From an uncultured virus (IMG/VR IMGVR_UViG_2061766007_003888) (lineage: Duplodnaviria > Heunggongvirae > Uroviricota > Caudoviricetes), in the IMG/VR virus record IMGVR_UViG_2061766007_003888: a stretch of DNA of 64,000 nt; one strand, given 5' to 3'. Made by a program: the position numbers and the translations under genes. The first letter of the stretch is position 1; every line of letters starts with the position of its first letter. Positions 43,568 to 54,289 of the stretch are shown one piece after another. The notes under the pieces are model-generated. The model was not told the origin of the DNA, ran no database searches, and saw only the letters and a program-made list of their open reading frames with translations.

Positions 43568-43579
43568 AAATATATTTAT

Positions 43580-44776
43580 ATGGCACAGAACCTAACTTAT
43601 ACGATAGACAACGACAATACCAGTTATTGGGCCAGGAAATACGCGCATAATGACGGCGTTTCAACTGTTCCCGAAGGAGACCAGGCGGGTGCTGTCAACG
43701 CCGACCAGTCGCTTGACGATTTTATAAAGTCCGGTTTTTGGGTTACCCCAATGGAATACTACACGAAGGCCTCGACAATAAACTTGGACGGTTATGTAAC
43801 GTATAACGATACGAAGCTTGAATATAAGTATTTCTGGATTGAGGATTTGAAGAACTGGGGAACGTATACGTACGACAGTCTTGGCGACGATTATTCGAAT
43901 AAGTTTTATCTTTGCCTATGGAACGGCCGCGATAACTGGATCCCGTTCAATAGCGATATGAATGTCAATATAGATAAGGATAAGTACGGTATCAGGAATT
44001 TTCAGAATAACTTGATAGCGAAATTGAAAGACGATGATAAAAATATAATTATGCAACAGCGTGGTCATGCGCTCGAACTGAATGCAGCATTGTCAAAACG
44101 CAATGCACCGGTATATGAGCCCAAGGAATCTGAATGGTTGCAGGTAGTACATGCATTCAGGTTGCAGAAAGCTACAAAATATGTCATAAACGATAGTAAT
44201 GATTTCCAAACGATCTCACACCAGACCCAGTATATTAATGTAGAATTTCCGGCAGATGCTGCATCGTTCGCGCAGACTAATTTTAGGGTAGGCGTAGTGT
44301 TAGGTTGTCCATGTATATGGAGGCTTCCTACGGGTGAACTTGCCCTGTGTACGATACTTCAGTGGAATTCTGATTGCGGTATTTCGTATTATTATAAGAA
44401 GATTGATAAATATGGTTTCAAGGCTGTTATGGATCCTTTCGTGACAAAAACTGGTCTTGCGTATAACAAGTTTATGTTGGGTACGGGAGTTGCTGACGTA
44501 ACGTCGTATCTTAATGGTGTCTGTGCGCAGTTTTTCGGTAAGGGGGAAACCAAGACGATTGAGTCAGACTGGCTGAGGGATTACAGGTTCGATATAAGTC
44601 TTGACGAATACAAGATGGCGTCTAAGGACAATTATAAGAGTATGTTGAATTCAGAATTGATGTTCGAACAGCACAATATAAATAAAGAGAATTCGTTAAA
44701 GTGCGGTTTCGAAATTAATCGTCCCGTACTGACTACCACGGAAAAGACGAACAAAGACTATATAAAGAAATGGTAA
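43580..44776 (+). CDS. hypothetical structural protein
   Basis: 398-aa ORF heading a late operon. Confidence 0.65.
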   Translation: MAQNLTYTIDNDNTSYWARKYAHNDGVSTVPEGDQAGAVNADQSLDDFIKSGFWVTPMEYYTKASTINLDGYVTYNDTKLEYKYFWIEDLKNWGTYTYDSLGDDYSNKFYLCLWNGRDNWIPFNSDMNVNIDKDKYGIRNFQNNLIAKLKDDDKNIIMQQRGHALELNAALSKRNAPVYEPKESEWLQVVHAFRLQKATKYVINDSNDFQTISHQTQYINVEFPADAASFAQTNFRVGVVLGCPCIWRLPTGELALCTILQWNSDCGISYYYKKIDKYGFKAVMDPFVTKTGLAYNKFMLGTGVADVTSYLNGVCAQFFGKGETKTIESDWLRDYRFDISLDEYKMASKDNYKSMLNSELMFEQHNINKENSLKCGFEINRPVLTTTEKTNKDYIKKW

Positions 44777-44779
44777 TTC

Positions 44780-47700
44780 ATGGATTCATTTGTATTTAAC
44801 AGCTTCAAGGATAGGTTTATAAAAGGCGACGTCGCGTTGAATGACGACTGGAACGTATATCCAGTAAATAGCAAGTTCGAGAAATATACCGGTTCTGCGG
44901 AATATTTCCGTACGTCGGCGGATTTCATAATGGGTGATACTGCGAATATCTATACCGATGCGAATTCCGAACAGGAAATGTTCGATACGTGGTATGATTA
45001 TTATGGCACCAAGATGATTGCCCAGAATTACAATTATTCCATAATGGAAAATGTCGATACGGCAATCGAACCGCAACTTGTTACGTCGGCGAACTGGGAT
45101 ACGTTTATTAATACAGCGGGACATGAATATGAAATAAATTTGTCCGCTATATTTTTTGATCCGAATGGCAAGTTCTATAGGAAGTTACCTGGGGTAACTG
45201 ATATAGACGGTAATCCAATTGCTCGCGGTTTCTATTACGTGAATACAAAGGAAGAACTGTTGTGGTGTGCCAATAAGGTAAACGGAAATGTATACGATAA
45301 TGCGATAAATATTGTTCTTGGTGATAATATAGAATTTAGTGGTACATCTACCGATATTAATTTCAGTATCGGTTCGAATCCGGCGCAGCCGTTCGAAGGT
45401 ATTTTATACGGTAACGGATATATGTTCGTCGACCTGCTGTTCCATTGTAATAACGATGTAAACGGTATAGTCGGTTATCTTGGCACGAGCGGTGTAATTT
45501 ATAACGTAGCGGCTATTGACTGTAGCGCCGTCTGCGAAAAGCCGATTTCACTGGAACATTTGACGACTGACGGTTCCGATGTCGTATTCGGCGCTATCTG
45601 CGGAAAGAACAACGGTACTATTTCTCATGTGAAAGTGCATAATATGACACTTTCCGGTTTCGTACCGAGGATGTACAGTGTTGGAAACAAGACCGACGTG
45701 AATACGGACATTAATGCGTTCGGTAACCCAAACAAGAACGTTTTTTATCCAGATTATATGTGCTACAATTCGCTCGGTAACATTATTCCGTATATCGGAT
45801 ACTTCAATGAGGGCGTATTCGCTACGTATTCGGGATATGATAAGGCGACGCAGACTAACTATACGTACTGGAATACTCAATATTTCCAGAACGGTTTTCC
45901 TGAAATAGAGGTGAAAAGAGGTAAGACTACGTTGACGCCGAGAGAATGGTATTACTGGTTCGGCTGCGCAGATAACTCCGGTAGATATATCATGTCGTAT
46001 ACGGCGCCGGCGAATATGAAGCGCGTATTGTGGTATGATGCGAGTGTTATTTCTGAAACCTATGCCCTGATGGATGCTAACTCTGATGATGTCGGTATGG
46101 CAGGTGATCGAGCTCACGGTCTTCTATTATATCAACCGGACACGGTAGATGAATATGCGCAGAATTTCTCTACGATGGAATATGCGCCGTATTTTAATAA
46201 GTCCATGAGGCTTAACCAACAGAACCGCGCGGCATATTATGTTTCGCCGCTTGTCGGTATGAACAATGGAAAGATAAATGACGCATATGTTGGTGGTACG
46301 ATAAATACCTGCGGTACGTTCGTCGGATTTATAGGAGGTCTGGCAGGAAAACAAGCGACCGGTACGCTTAAGAACTGTAATGTTAGTTTTTCCGCGGCTG
46401 ACGTATTTGGCGAAGACGGTATTTCTCCTATACGAAATATGATTGTAACTGAAGACAGTATAACTGAAACAGATCGAACCAGGTCGCAGTATTCGTTCAT
46501 GAAGAAAAGTATCAAGAATATCGGCGGTGCATTCGGTTCCTGTGTCATAGGTAATGCGAATTCACTTGAACTCGACGGTGTACATGTCTATTTCAATAAT
46601 CAGAATGATATTATGATGTATGCTGGTGGGGACTGTAATTATTATGATTACCATTTTATGAACAGGTTCGGCGGTATCGCGTCTGTAGTCGAGTATAATT
46701 CTTGTAATATATCTGATATGTGGCTTTATAATAGCGATATTGATTATGCAGATCCACAGTTGGAGATTAGGCCAGAGCTGGACGTCAATAGTATTGACGG
46801 GTATCGTTCCGTAATTGTGCGTAATTCTGATTTCAGCTATGAGGAATCGTTACCGGATGCGCATAAAGGTATGGTAGACAATTATTCATTCAAGACATTG
46901 AACAATTATATTCGTGAGAAATCCGTATTGAATGATATGTACGGCGTATCTTCGCCATTGTTTGCAGAGATTAAACCGACCTATCTGTCTGTACCGTCGA
47001 TTATAACGACGCCGTGTTATAATACTACGGAAGTATATAATTTGGCTCCTGCAATTGGATGGCAAAGCTGGGTTCAAGGAAATCCATTTACAGGTATTAA
47101 TCCAGGCAATACGCAAAAAGCCACTATTGACCAGGCAGGTAATGTATTTTTAACGTCACAGCATACGGTAAATGAATTTGCTTTGCCAATACCGTCTACG
47201 ATTAACGGAATCCCATACAATGATCTTGGGTATTTCGGGTTACATTATACGCAACTTTATACTACTGAAGATAACCAGGGATTGCATTATTTAGGCTATA
47301 CGGCCCGTGAGCAACTGAATGATACGCTTATGGGCGTAGGGTTGTTTACTATTGATCAACAGATTGCCGCACCGTTGTCTGACCCTAATTATTGGTGTAT
47401 AGATGCGGAGGTTGACTTGCCGGGTGTATCCAACGGATGGAATATACCTAGTTGGAAAAATAGGGGTTATGCCGGCGGCGTGATTGATTTTCTTAACGCG
47501 CCGTCTGCGAAGAATTTCAGCACGGATATCCGTTCTATCGCGACGAAGCTTGTAAGATGGGACAATACGAGTATATACTATACGGTCGGCAATAATATGA
47601 ATCCAGATATATTCACAACTGTAAAGGTTCCTGGAAATGCGATAATCGTCCCGAGCCGTACGGAGCCCGTATCGTATAAACCCAGTGCAGTAACTGGCTA

Positions 47701-49630
47701 TGTAAGTGACTATGTCATTGGTGAATCTACATATATAGATGCGGTAAATAACGGACATAACAAGGAATTCGGCTATACCGAAGTAGACAGCGAGACGATA
47801 ATAAGTAATCGTGCCGTACCGGGATCATATGAAGGTAATAAGAAGTTGACGACATATCCGTATTTCGGTTCCGACATAGAGATAATACCGACGATATCTA
47901 CACAAGAGAATAGCCCGTTCATGTCCGGTTATTCTGCGGTTATAATCGAGTATAGTGCTGTACCGTATTATGGAGAATTATTGGATGTGAATCAGGAGAA
48001 GCAGCTTGAAGCGGTTGTCGACAAGGTAGAGATAACGATGCAGGCTGAGGCCTTCGACTATGCACCGTTTACGACAGTTACCGCCACGAAGGAAATCATA
48101 GATAGGGATTATAAGCTCAGGGTACATGTTGCCAAGGGTCGTAGGGATGCCGGCTGGTACGATATGTGGAATATCGCTGGAATTGGCGGCGGCGATGTGA
48201 ACGGCGGTTTGACTGAATTGTCACATATATTCGAAGAAGAAGACCGTCCGCAAGTATTGAAGTTTTTTGATGAGGTATCGTTTGGTGAACGATACGGATG
48301 GGCATTCTATACTAACTATACGGATGAGGATGATCCGTATGCAAAGTCGAAGTATGTATTCTGCTATATTCCGTTCGATTACAACAAACCGTATAACATC
48401 GCTACGACAGAGGGACTTTCACCCCCGAATTTCCCGTTTGTGATTGGATATATGGTAGGTACTAACAGAACGGATCGTTATCACGGTATGGATCCTGAAG
48501 AAATCGCCACGTGGTGGCGTAAACCGAAAGCCCTGAAGGAAAGTACGATCAATATTATACCGTATATTGAGTATTATAGGGGTAAGACAGTCGATGGCGA
48601 AGCGATATATGAGTTGGAGAAACCGACATTGTCATATTCGTCGATGTCTGCGTATAAGTGGGATTTGGATACTACGGATCAGACATATAAATTCCTTGAT
48701 GCGAATGATAACTTTACGCTCGATCCGGCCCAGGCAGCGACGGCATATAAGGTAAGTGACGAAAAACTCGGTATTACCATCGCCGGATATGAAATGTATA
48801 TAACTGGTACTAATGTCAATAATGCATTGAGGACTTATTGGGAAAATCTCATAAACGATACGACGACTAATACGAACCAATCAGATTTGCGTAGTGAATC
48901 AGAATACCGTTTCGATATAAATGATTTAAGTCAAAATAGGCCATATGAAAATATAGCTAATTTGGATAATTTGCCGTATGATCCTAATATGGGTAAATTC
49001 AGGAATTGGCTCGAGCCGTCATATACAGATATTGTTACCGGTATCAATGTAGGTACTGGAAATAATAAAGGTTCTGATATTATATATGAATATACAGATG
49101 AGAAATATTTGGATGCAGGTTTTGATTCTGAATGTTTTCATAAATTTAAATGGGCATCTACTAATATAGCTGGTACAGAAAAATTGGTAAAGGCTACTTT
49201 GTTCAAATATACGTATACAAAGACGATCGCTTCTGGCGATTATGAGGTACCGCCTATACATGTAGATTTTGACTATATGAAGGGTAAAGCCGGATTCTGG
49301 TATACAAATGAATTCGTCGATAACGATGACGCGTATTATAACGATAATATTAAATATAATTCTAATATTTACAATATCGGCATCACACCGAATGAAAACT
49401 GTATATTACGTAAATTAATAGATAAGCGTTCTGGTTTTACAGTATCTGGATTTTCCGCAGATGATTTTGCCGGTCTATATATAACTGACAGCAAGAACTT
49501 GCCGGTAATGTACATAGATACGAGTCTCGGTAAATGCGAGGACGGTACGTCATGGTCGTATTCCGGAATACCAGCCACATCGGCAAATACAAAATATGGT
49601 TTATTCCTGGAGGTGAATTCCGATGAGTAG
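44780..49630 (+). CDS. large virion/tail protein with GLUG-like beta repeats
   Basis: 1616 aa; GIVGYLG..G.I.NV, GAICGKNNGTI, IGGLAG, IGGAFG repeats. Confidence 0.6.
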   Translation: MDSFVFNSFKDRFIKGDVALNDDWNVYPVNSKFEKYTGSAEYFRTSADFIMGDTANIYTDANSEQEMFDTWYDYYGTKMIAQNYNYSIMENVDTAIEPQLVTSANWDTFINTAGHEYEINLSAIFFDPNGKFYRKLPGVTDIDGNPIARGFYYVNTKEELLWCANKVNGNVYDNAINIVLGDNIEFSGTSTDINFSIGSNPAQPFEGILYGNGYMFVDLLFHCNNDVNGIVGYLGTSGVIYNVAAIDCSAVCEKPISLEHLTTDGSDVVFGAICGKNNGTISHVKVHNMTLSGFVPRMYSVGNKTDVNTDINAFGNPNKNVFYPDYMCYNSLGNIIPYIGYFNEGVFATYSGYDKATQTNYTYWNTQYFQNGFPEIEVKRGKTTLTPREWYYWFGCADNSGRYIMSYTAPANMKRVLWYDASVISETYALMDANSDDVGMAGDRAHGLLLYQPDTVDEYAQNFSTMEYAPYFNKSMRLNQQNRAAYYVSPLVGMNNGKINDAYVGGTINTCGTFVGFIGGLAGKQATGTLKNCNVSFSAADVFGEDGISPIRNMIVTEDSITETDRTRSQYSFMKKSIKNIGGAFGSCVIGNANSLELDGVHVYFNNQNDIMMYAGGDCNYYDYHFMNRFGGIASVVEYNSCNISDMWLYNSDIDYADPQLEIRPELDVNSIDGYRSVIVRNSDFSYEESLPDAHKGMVDNYSFKTLNNYIREKSVLNDMYGVSSPLFAEIKPTYLSVPSIITTPCYNTTEVYNLAPAIGWQSWVQGNPFTGINPGNTQKATIDQAGNVFLTSQHTVNEFALPIPSTINGIPYNDLGYFGLHYTQLYTTEDNQGLHYLGYTAREQLNDTLMGVGLFTIDQQIAAPLSDPNYWCIDAEVDLPGVSNGWNIPSWKNRGYAGGVIDFLNAPSAKNFSTDIRSIATKLVRWDNTSIYYTVGNNMNPDIFTTVKVPGNAIIVPSRTEPVSYKPSAVTGYVSDYVIGESTYIDAVNNGHNKEFGYTEVDSETIISNRAVPGSYEGNKKLTTYPYFGSDIEIIPTISTQENSPFMSGYSAVIIEYSAVPYYGELLDVNQEKQLEAVVDKVEITMQAEAFDYAPFTTVTATKEIIDRDYKLRVHVAKGRRDAGWYDMWNIAGIGGGDVNGGLTELSHIFEEEDRPQVLKFFDEVSFGERYGWAFYTNYTDEDDPYAKSKYVFCYIPFDYNKPYNIATTEGLSPPNFPFVIGYMVGTNRTDRYHGMDPEEIATWWRKPKALKESTINIIPYIEYYRGKTVDGEAIYELEKPTLSYSSMSAYKWDLDTTDQTYKFLDANDNFTLDPAQAATAYKVSDEKLGITIAGYEMYITGTNVNNALRTYWENLINDTTTNTNQSDLRSESEYRFDINDLSQNRPYENIANLDNLPYDPNMGKFRNWLEPSYTDIVTGINVGTGNNKGSDIIYEYTDEKYLDAGFDSECFHKFKWASTNIAGTEKLVKATLFKYTYTKTIASGDYEVPPIHVDFDYMKGKAGFWYTNEFVDNDDAYYNDNIKYNSNIYNIGITPNENCILRKLIDKRSGFTVSGFSADDFAGLYITDSKNLPVMYIDTSLGKCEDGTSWSYSGIPATSANTKYGLFLEVNSDE

Positions 49631-50462
49631 CCTTGTATTCAATTCATATCTAAAGCAGCTGAATTCGTGCACAGGCGATTTCTATAATCCGAACTATTTT
49701 GATGTATGGCTGTATACGAAGACGGAATCGTTCAAGGGTAAGAACAGACCGGATCTTACGGTCGCCGATCCGGTATTCGAGAAAGATTACATGGTATACC
49801 TGGGCAATCTCGGTAATATGGCCGTACAGAGTGTCGACGATGCCGGGATGTATTCGGTGTCATCGTACCAGTCGTTATTCGATATACCGGTATCCGCGTA
49901 TCTTTTTTCAAAGCAGGATTGCCCTCAGGCTTCGTACCTGAAGAACGACATAGAGTATTCTTCGTACGATTATTCTGTGACGGCACGTCGGATGACGAAG
50001 CCGTCGGACGGCTGCTATATACCAACGGCTACCCCAGGTATAGGGGCCGACTGGGCAGAACGTTCCGCGTATTTCGTGTCCGAATATAATTTTTCCGATA
50101 GTTACACCGGTAACGAGTACAACGTATTCGACGGCCCGAAGGAACGGCTTGTCGAGAAGAACATAGCGATGAATACGGATAACGTATCGCTTAGCGGTAA
50201 TATTCATAACAATATTGCCGGGTCGTTGTTGATAACGAGGTATGTTGGTCAGAGAATTTATGATATATCGGCCGATAGGCTCCGTTCCGACCCGTCGGCC
50301 TGGCAGATGTGTTCGGCCGAATATATAGCCACGTCGGCTACCCCGTTGAATCCGGGTGAAAGTATCCCGTGTATGTACATGGAACTCCCGATGACGTACA
50401 AGCTCAGCAACGCCGTCGTAAATATACAGTGGTCCGAGAACGGGTTATTTACGTTTAGATAA
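49623..50462 (+). CDS. hypothetical structural protein
   Basis: 279 aa; N-terminus MSSLVFNSY resembles MDSFVFNSF of the upstream gene. Confidence 0.6.
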   Translation: MSSLVFNSYLKQLNSCTGDFYNPNYFDVWLYTKTESFKGKNRPDLTVADPVFEKDYMVYLGNLGNMAVQSVDDAGMYSVSSYQSLFDIPVSAYLFSKQDCPQASYLKNDIEYSSYDYSVTARRMTKPSDGCYIPTATPGIGADWAERSAYFVSEYNFSDSYTGNEYNVFDGPKERLVEKNIAMNTDNVSLSGNIHNNIAGSLLITRYVGQRIYDISADRLRSDPSAWQMCSAEYIATSATPLNPGESIPCMYMELPMTYKLSNAVVNIQWSENGLFTFR

Positions 50463-50465
50463 GTT

Positions 50466-51008
50466 ATGTCTATATATTCGAAGAAATATACGCAGGGTTA
50501 TTTCGTGCCCAAGCATCCGGAGAAGTGCGTGAATCTTCATCCGGAAAAATCGCAGTACGACATAGTTAAAGAGATAAAGTCGACGGATACCTGTACGTAT
50601 CGTAGTAGTTGGGAACTGAAATTCATGCGGTTTTGCGACAAGTACGATTCGGTGTTGGAATGGGGTTCAGAAGTTCTGGAAATTCCGTATATAAGCGAGG
50701 TAGACGGCAAGCAACACAAGTACGTTACGGATTTTTATTTCGTATGCCGTGACAAGAACAAGAGTATCGTGAAGTATATCCTCGAGGTAAAGCCGAAATG
50801 CCAGATTGCCGTTCTTAACGAGCATAATGAGATTGTTTATCCGGATCCTCCGAAAAACCGTACACAGAAATCTATCAGGAACTGGCAGGAACGTTGCAAT
50901 GTCCTGCGTATAAATAATTCCAAATGGACATATGCCAGGAAATGGTGTAAGGACCACGGTTATATATTCAAGGTGCTTTCCGAAGAAGAAATCGGAATAT
51001 ATCAATAA
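50466..51008 (+). CDS. head completion nuclease (T4 gp4-like)
   Basis: YRSSWELKFMRFCD...WGSE..IPY...HKY..DF...EVKP...N.SKW..A..WC. Confidence 0.85.
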   Translation: MSIYSKKYTQGYFVPKHPEKCVNLHPEKSQYDIVKEIKSTDTCTYRSSWELKFMRFCDKYDSVLEWGSEVLEIPYISEVDGKQHKYVTDFYFVCRDKNKSIVKYILEVKPKCQIAVLNEHNEIVYPDPPKNRTQKSIRNWQERCNVLRINNSKWTYARKWCKDHGYIFKVLSEEEIGIYQ

Positions 51009-51048
51009 TATATAATAATGTTAAAAAATTTTTGCTATATTTAAATGT

Positions 51049-51594
51049 ATGGATACGTTTAAAAGTTTGAAAGATGAGTTCAACCTTGACGAAGTCGAAG
51101 AGAAGGCCAAAGAGAGTATAGCGAAGGCCGATGAAAAGGTTGAGGAGGTCCGCGAAGGTATAAAGACTCAGAAATATACACTCGAGGACAAGGAATACAT
51201 TATCTCGGAATTGCAGGATCTTATAGCTTCAGACAGGGAAGTCATGGAGTCGTTGAAGGACATGATTGTCAACGGTGCCGGCAATCCGGGCATATATGCC
51301 GTGTACGCGACCCTTTCTAAGTCCGTGCGAGAGAACGTTGCCAAGCTGAGCGATGTCGAGAAGGAAATCACGGATTACCAGGTTACCGAGTCCAACGAGG
51401 AATACCGTGAGCGCGTATTCGCGTCGAAGGAACGTCTTGCTGAGAAGAAGCTTACGACGAAGAATCCGACAGTTCCTGGACAGTTGACACAGAACAATAC
51501 CTATATATTCAACCCGAAAGAACAGTTTGAGATTATGAAGAATACAAAAATTGAACCTATCGCGGTAGAACCGCCTTCTTTTGATTTATCGTAA
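51049..51594 (+). CDS. probable terminase small subunit
   Basis: helical EYII..LQDLI...PGIYAVYATL...QNNTYIF, gp16-like pattern. Confidence 0.5.
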   Translation: MDTFKSLKDEFNLDEVEEKAKESIAKADEKVEEVREGIKTQKYTLEDKEYIISELQDLIASDREVMESLKDMIVNGAGNPGIYAVYATLSKSVRENVAKLSDVEKEITDYQVTESNEEYRERVFASKERLAEKKLTTKNPTVPGQLTQNNTYIFNPKEQFEIMKNTKIEPIAVEPPSFDLS

Positions 51595-51605
51595 GGGAAT
51601 TGGCG

Positions 51606-51905
51606 ATGTTGTTTTCGATTTACTACAAGATTGAACACAGGAACGAATTCCTGGAAAAGTATTTTGACAAGGTACTTAAACAGTTTGACGATATGGAACG
51701 TGTCAATTCGGTCGAACGTCTGACGGATTTGATGGAATTGATGGTAAAAATGCTTATAAACCAGGATAAATACGGTTTATATAACCTATTGACGAAGAAA
51801 AACTCGAAGAATGTACGGCTTTTCTTCAATTATTTGACGTGCTCTAATATACGTAGTATAAATAAAGAGATAGTAAAGTCAAGAATAAAAGAAATTTTTA
51901 ATTAG
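51606..51905 (+). CDS. hypothetical protein
   Basis: ~99-aa ORF in operon. Confidence 0.55.
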   Translation: MLFSIYYKIEHRNEFLEKYFDKVLKQFDDMERVNSVERLTDLMELMVKMLINQDKYGLYNLLTKKNSKNVRLFFNYLTCSNIRSINKEIVKSRIKEIFN

Positions 51906-51915
51906 AGGTAAGTTA

Positions 51916-52865
51916 ATGAAGAACCTTAAAGACATGCTCGACAGTGCGGTCGAACCGATAAATCTGAGTATCGGTCAGAGTTTCGACAACTTTTTGACCG
52001 AAGACGCGGATTACGAGCCTGTTACCGTTATCAGCGAGGCGGACGATCCGTTTGGTGGTGACGATACGGCCGGCGGCGGCGATGATGCCGGTGGCGGAGA
52101 TGATCTCGGCGGCGGTGACGACGCGGGTGGAGACGATCCGTTCGGCGGTGATGCCGGTGGCGGAGACGACCCGTTCGGCGGTCCCGGCGGCGGCNNNNNN
52201 NNNNNNNNNNNNNNNNNNNNNNNNNNNNNNNNNNNNNNNNNNNNNNNNNNNNNNNNNNNNNNNNNNNNNNNNNNNNNNNNNNNNNNNNNNNNNNNNNNNN
52301 NNNNNNNNNNNNNNNNNNNNNNNNNNNNNNNNNNNNNNNNNNNNNNNNNNNNNNNNNNNNNNNNNNNNNNNNNNNNNNNNNNNNNNNNNNNNNNNNNNAC
52401 GGTGACGGTACCGCGCCTGGTGCGGTTGACCTGGATTCCCACGAGGACGATCCTGAATTCAACCAGGGTGTAAGCGATCCGTCCGATATTACGTTGTCCG
52501 ACGTACCGGGTGCGAAGTCAATGTTCGATATCGACAAGATAATGAAGACTGTTGCGTCCGTTATCCAGACGCTTAGCGAAGATCAGCTTCTCGAAATAGA
52601 AAAGGTCAAGGCCTGTATAGAACTGATTTTTAACGGCAAGCTGTTGAATCCGGAAGATCTCGAGTTCAACAATATCAAGAACGCGATTTTCCTCGTGAAG
52701 AAGATTGCCGCGAAGCTCGATACGAAGGCCAAGGCGTATTTCAACAGGAAACTGAAGGAACCGCTTATCAAGAAACGTGACCAGATTAAACAGGATATCG
52801 CTACCAAGAAGGGAGACCTGAACGATACGCGAGACCTGCTTACGAAACTGGATACGGAAGTTTAA
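51916..52865 (+). CDS. acidic Gly/Asp-repeat late protein (gapped)
   Basis: GAGG RBS; DDPFGG/GGGDD repeats, then helical C-domain. Confidence 0.6.
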
Positions 52866-52869
52866 AATA

Positions 52870-52899
52870 AAAAACCGGCGATTCGCCGGTTTTATTTTT
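52870..52899. terminator. bidirectional intrinsic terminator
   Basis: AAAACCGGCGA-T-TCGCCGGTTTT inverted repeat with A/T tracts. Confidence 0.75.
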
Positions 52900-52912
52900 A
52901 TATCAGGTAGAA

Positions 52913-53314
52913 CTAGACGGTTTCCGTTTCTTCGGGAACCGTTTCTTCTACGGATTCCTGTACCTGTTCCGGTTCAGCATCGGCGACCAGTTCTTCCTGT
53001 ACTTCGGCCGGTGCCTGTTCGGCTTTCGCCTTGTTCGCCTTCAACATATTGATGAATTCCAGATATTCGCGCTCGAACGCGTCATTGTTGAAAACCGGCT
53101 TTTTCGCTCCGCCGCCGCGGCCGATTCGCTTACCGAAGCGCTTCTCGATCCTGTTGTTGATAATCGGTTCAGGAATTTCCGGCTTGATGAGCTTGAGGTG
53201 CTCGCGGTCCTGTTCCGTATACTGTATACTTTCGTTATGCTTGTAGCGGTCGACGAAGCGGCGTTGCAGGTTGCGTTTGAACATCTGGTAATTTGAATTG
53301 ACTTGTCTTGCCAT
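52913..53314 (-). CDS. hypothetical protein
   Basis: 133-aa ORF, AAGGA RBS, TATAAATA upstream. Confidence 0.65.
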   Translation of the reverse strand: MARQVNSNYQMFKRNLQRRFVDRYKHNESIQYTEQDREHLKLIKPEIPEPIINNRIEKRFGKRIGRGGGAKKPVFNNDAFEREYLEFINMLKANKAKAEQAPAEVQEELVADAEPEQVQESVEETVPEETETV

Positions 53315-53334
53315 AATTTATATCCTTTTAAGTT

Positions 53335-53724
53335 TTAATTATTTATAGTGGCGCTGTCCTTTATGTGGCACAGTGACGATTCAGGCACGTTGTATACGAT
53401 ATATCCCGCCGGGTTCGACTTGTCGCCTCTTTCGATACGTAGGGTATACAGGTTTACGCCGTTTATCGGGTCGACCTGCTCCATTATCTTGTAGAGACAC
53501 CTGTCGTTTGGGATATTGCTCATTACCGTTTCTCCGACGGTATACGGCTTGTATACCGGGTCGGCCTCGTAAGTGGGTTCGTCCTGTGTGTCGCCGCTGA
53601 CGGATTTGGCCTGCTTCACGCCGTTGGTGAGTTTTCGTATGACCCATTCGGGACACGTTTTCGCCTTGACGATATCGCGGATTGTTTCCATCAAGATATT
53701 TAACTGTTGTGTTTTTACGTCCAT
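53335..53724 (-). CDS. hypothetical protein
   Basis: 129-aa ORF. Confidence 0.6.
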   Translation of the reverse strand: MDVKTQQLNILMETIRDIVKAKTCPEWVIRKLTNGVKQAKSVSGDTQDEPTYEADPVYKPYTVGETVMSNIPNDRCLYKIMEQVDPINGVNLYTLRIERGDKSNPAGYIVYNVPESSLCHIKDSATINN

Positions 53725-53727
53725 GGG

Positions 53728-54003
53728 TTATTTGCGTTTTTTCTTTTTCTTGCGTTTCCTGATTTGGCGTAGCCAGTATTCCGGGTGGTGCGCGTCGGGT
53801 ACGCCCTTGTAGTTCGGGTTCCTGGAATACGGCGAGCGCGTGAAGAGCGGGCCGAGCCTTGCGGGAGCCACGCCTATGCAGTCGCCCCCGTGGGGAATAC
53901 CCTGGTCTGCGCCGCACGGAGCGCCTACGCCGATGCTGAAGTCCTCGTCTAGGACCGTATAGCCGCTTTCTTCAAGTATTTCGAGTGCTTCGTCTAGTGT
54001 CAT
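53728..54003 (-). CDS. small protein with shared N-terminal peptide and poly-Lys/Arg tail
   Basis: MTLDEALEILEESGYTVLDE...RQIRKRKKKKKRK*. Confidence 0.65.
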   Translation of the reverse strand: MTLDEALEILEESGYTVLDEDFSIGVGAPCGADQGIPHGGDCIGVAPARLGPLFTRSPYSRNPNYKGVPDAHHPEYWLRQIRKRKKKKKRK

Positions 54004-54017
54004 GATATAAATCTGTG

Positions 54018-54287
54018 TTAGTACGCGTCGTATTCGCGCCAGGAAGACTTGTAGAATTCTTCTCTCGTCTTCGTGAATTTCTTGCCGTTTATCTCCATGG
54101 TGACCATGTTACCGACGGCTTCTGTTACTGTGACCTTGACCGGGCAGCATTCCTTTATCTCCTTTATGTGCGTCCAGTATTTGGCGCCCGTGACTATGTT
54201 GAACCCGTACTTTTCGTATTCGCGCAAGTTTCTTTTTTCGCATTCGGGGCAGTAGGGATAAGGAGGCGGAGGAGGGTACATGTACAT
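54018..54287 (-). CDS. small hypothetical protein
   Basis: GAGG RBS then MYMYPPPPPYPYCPEC. Confidence 0.55.
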   Translation of the reverse strand: MYMYPPPPPYPYCPECEKRNLREYEKYGFNIVTGAKYWTHIKEIKECCPVKVTVTEAVGNMVTMEINGKKFTKTREEFYKSSWREYDAY

Positions 54288-54289
54288 GG

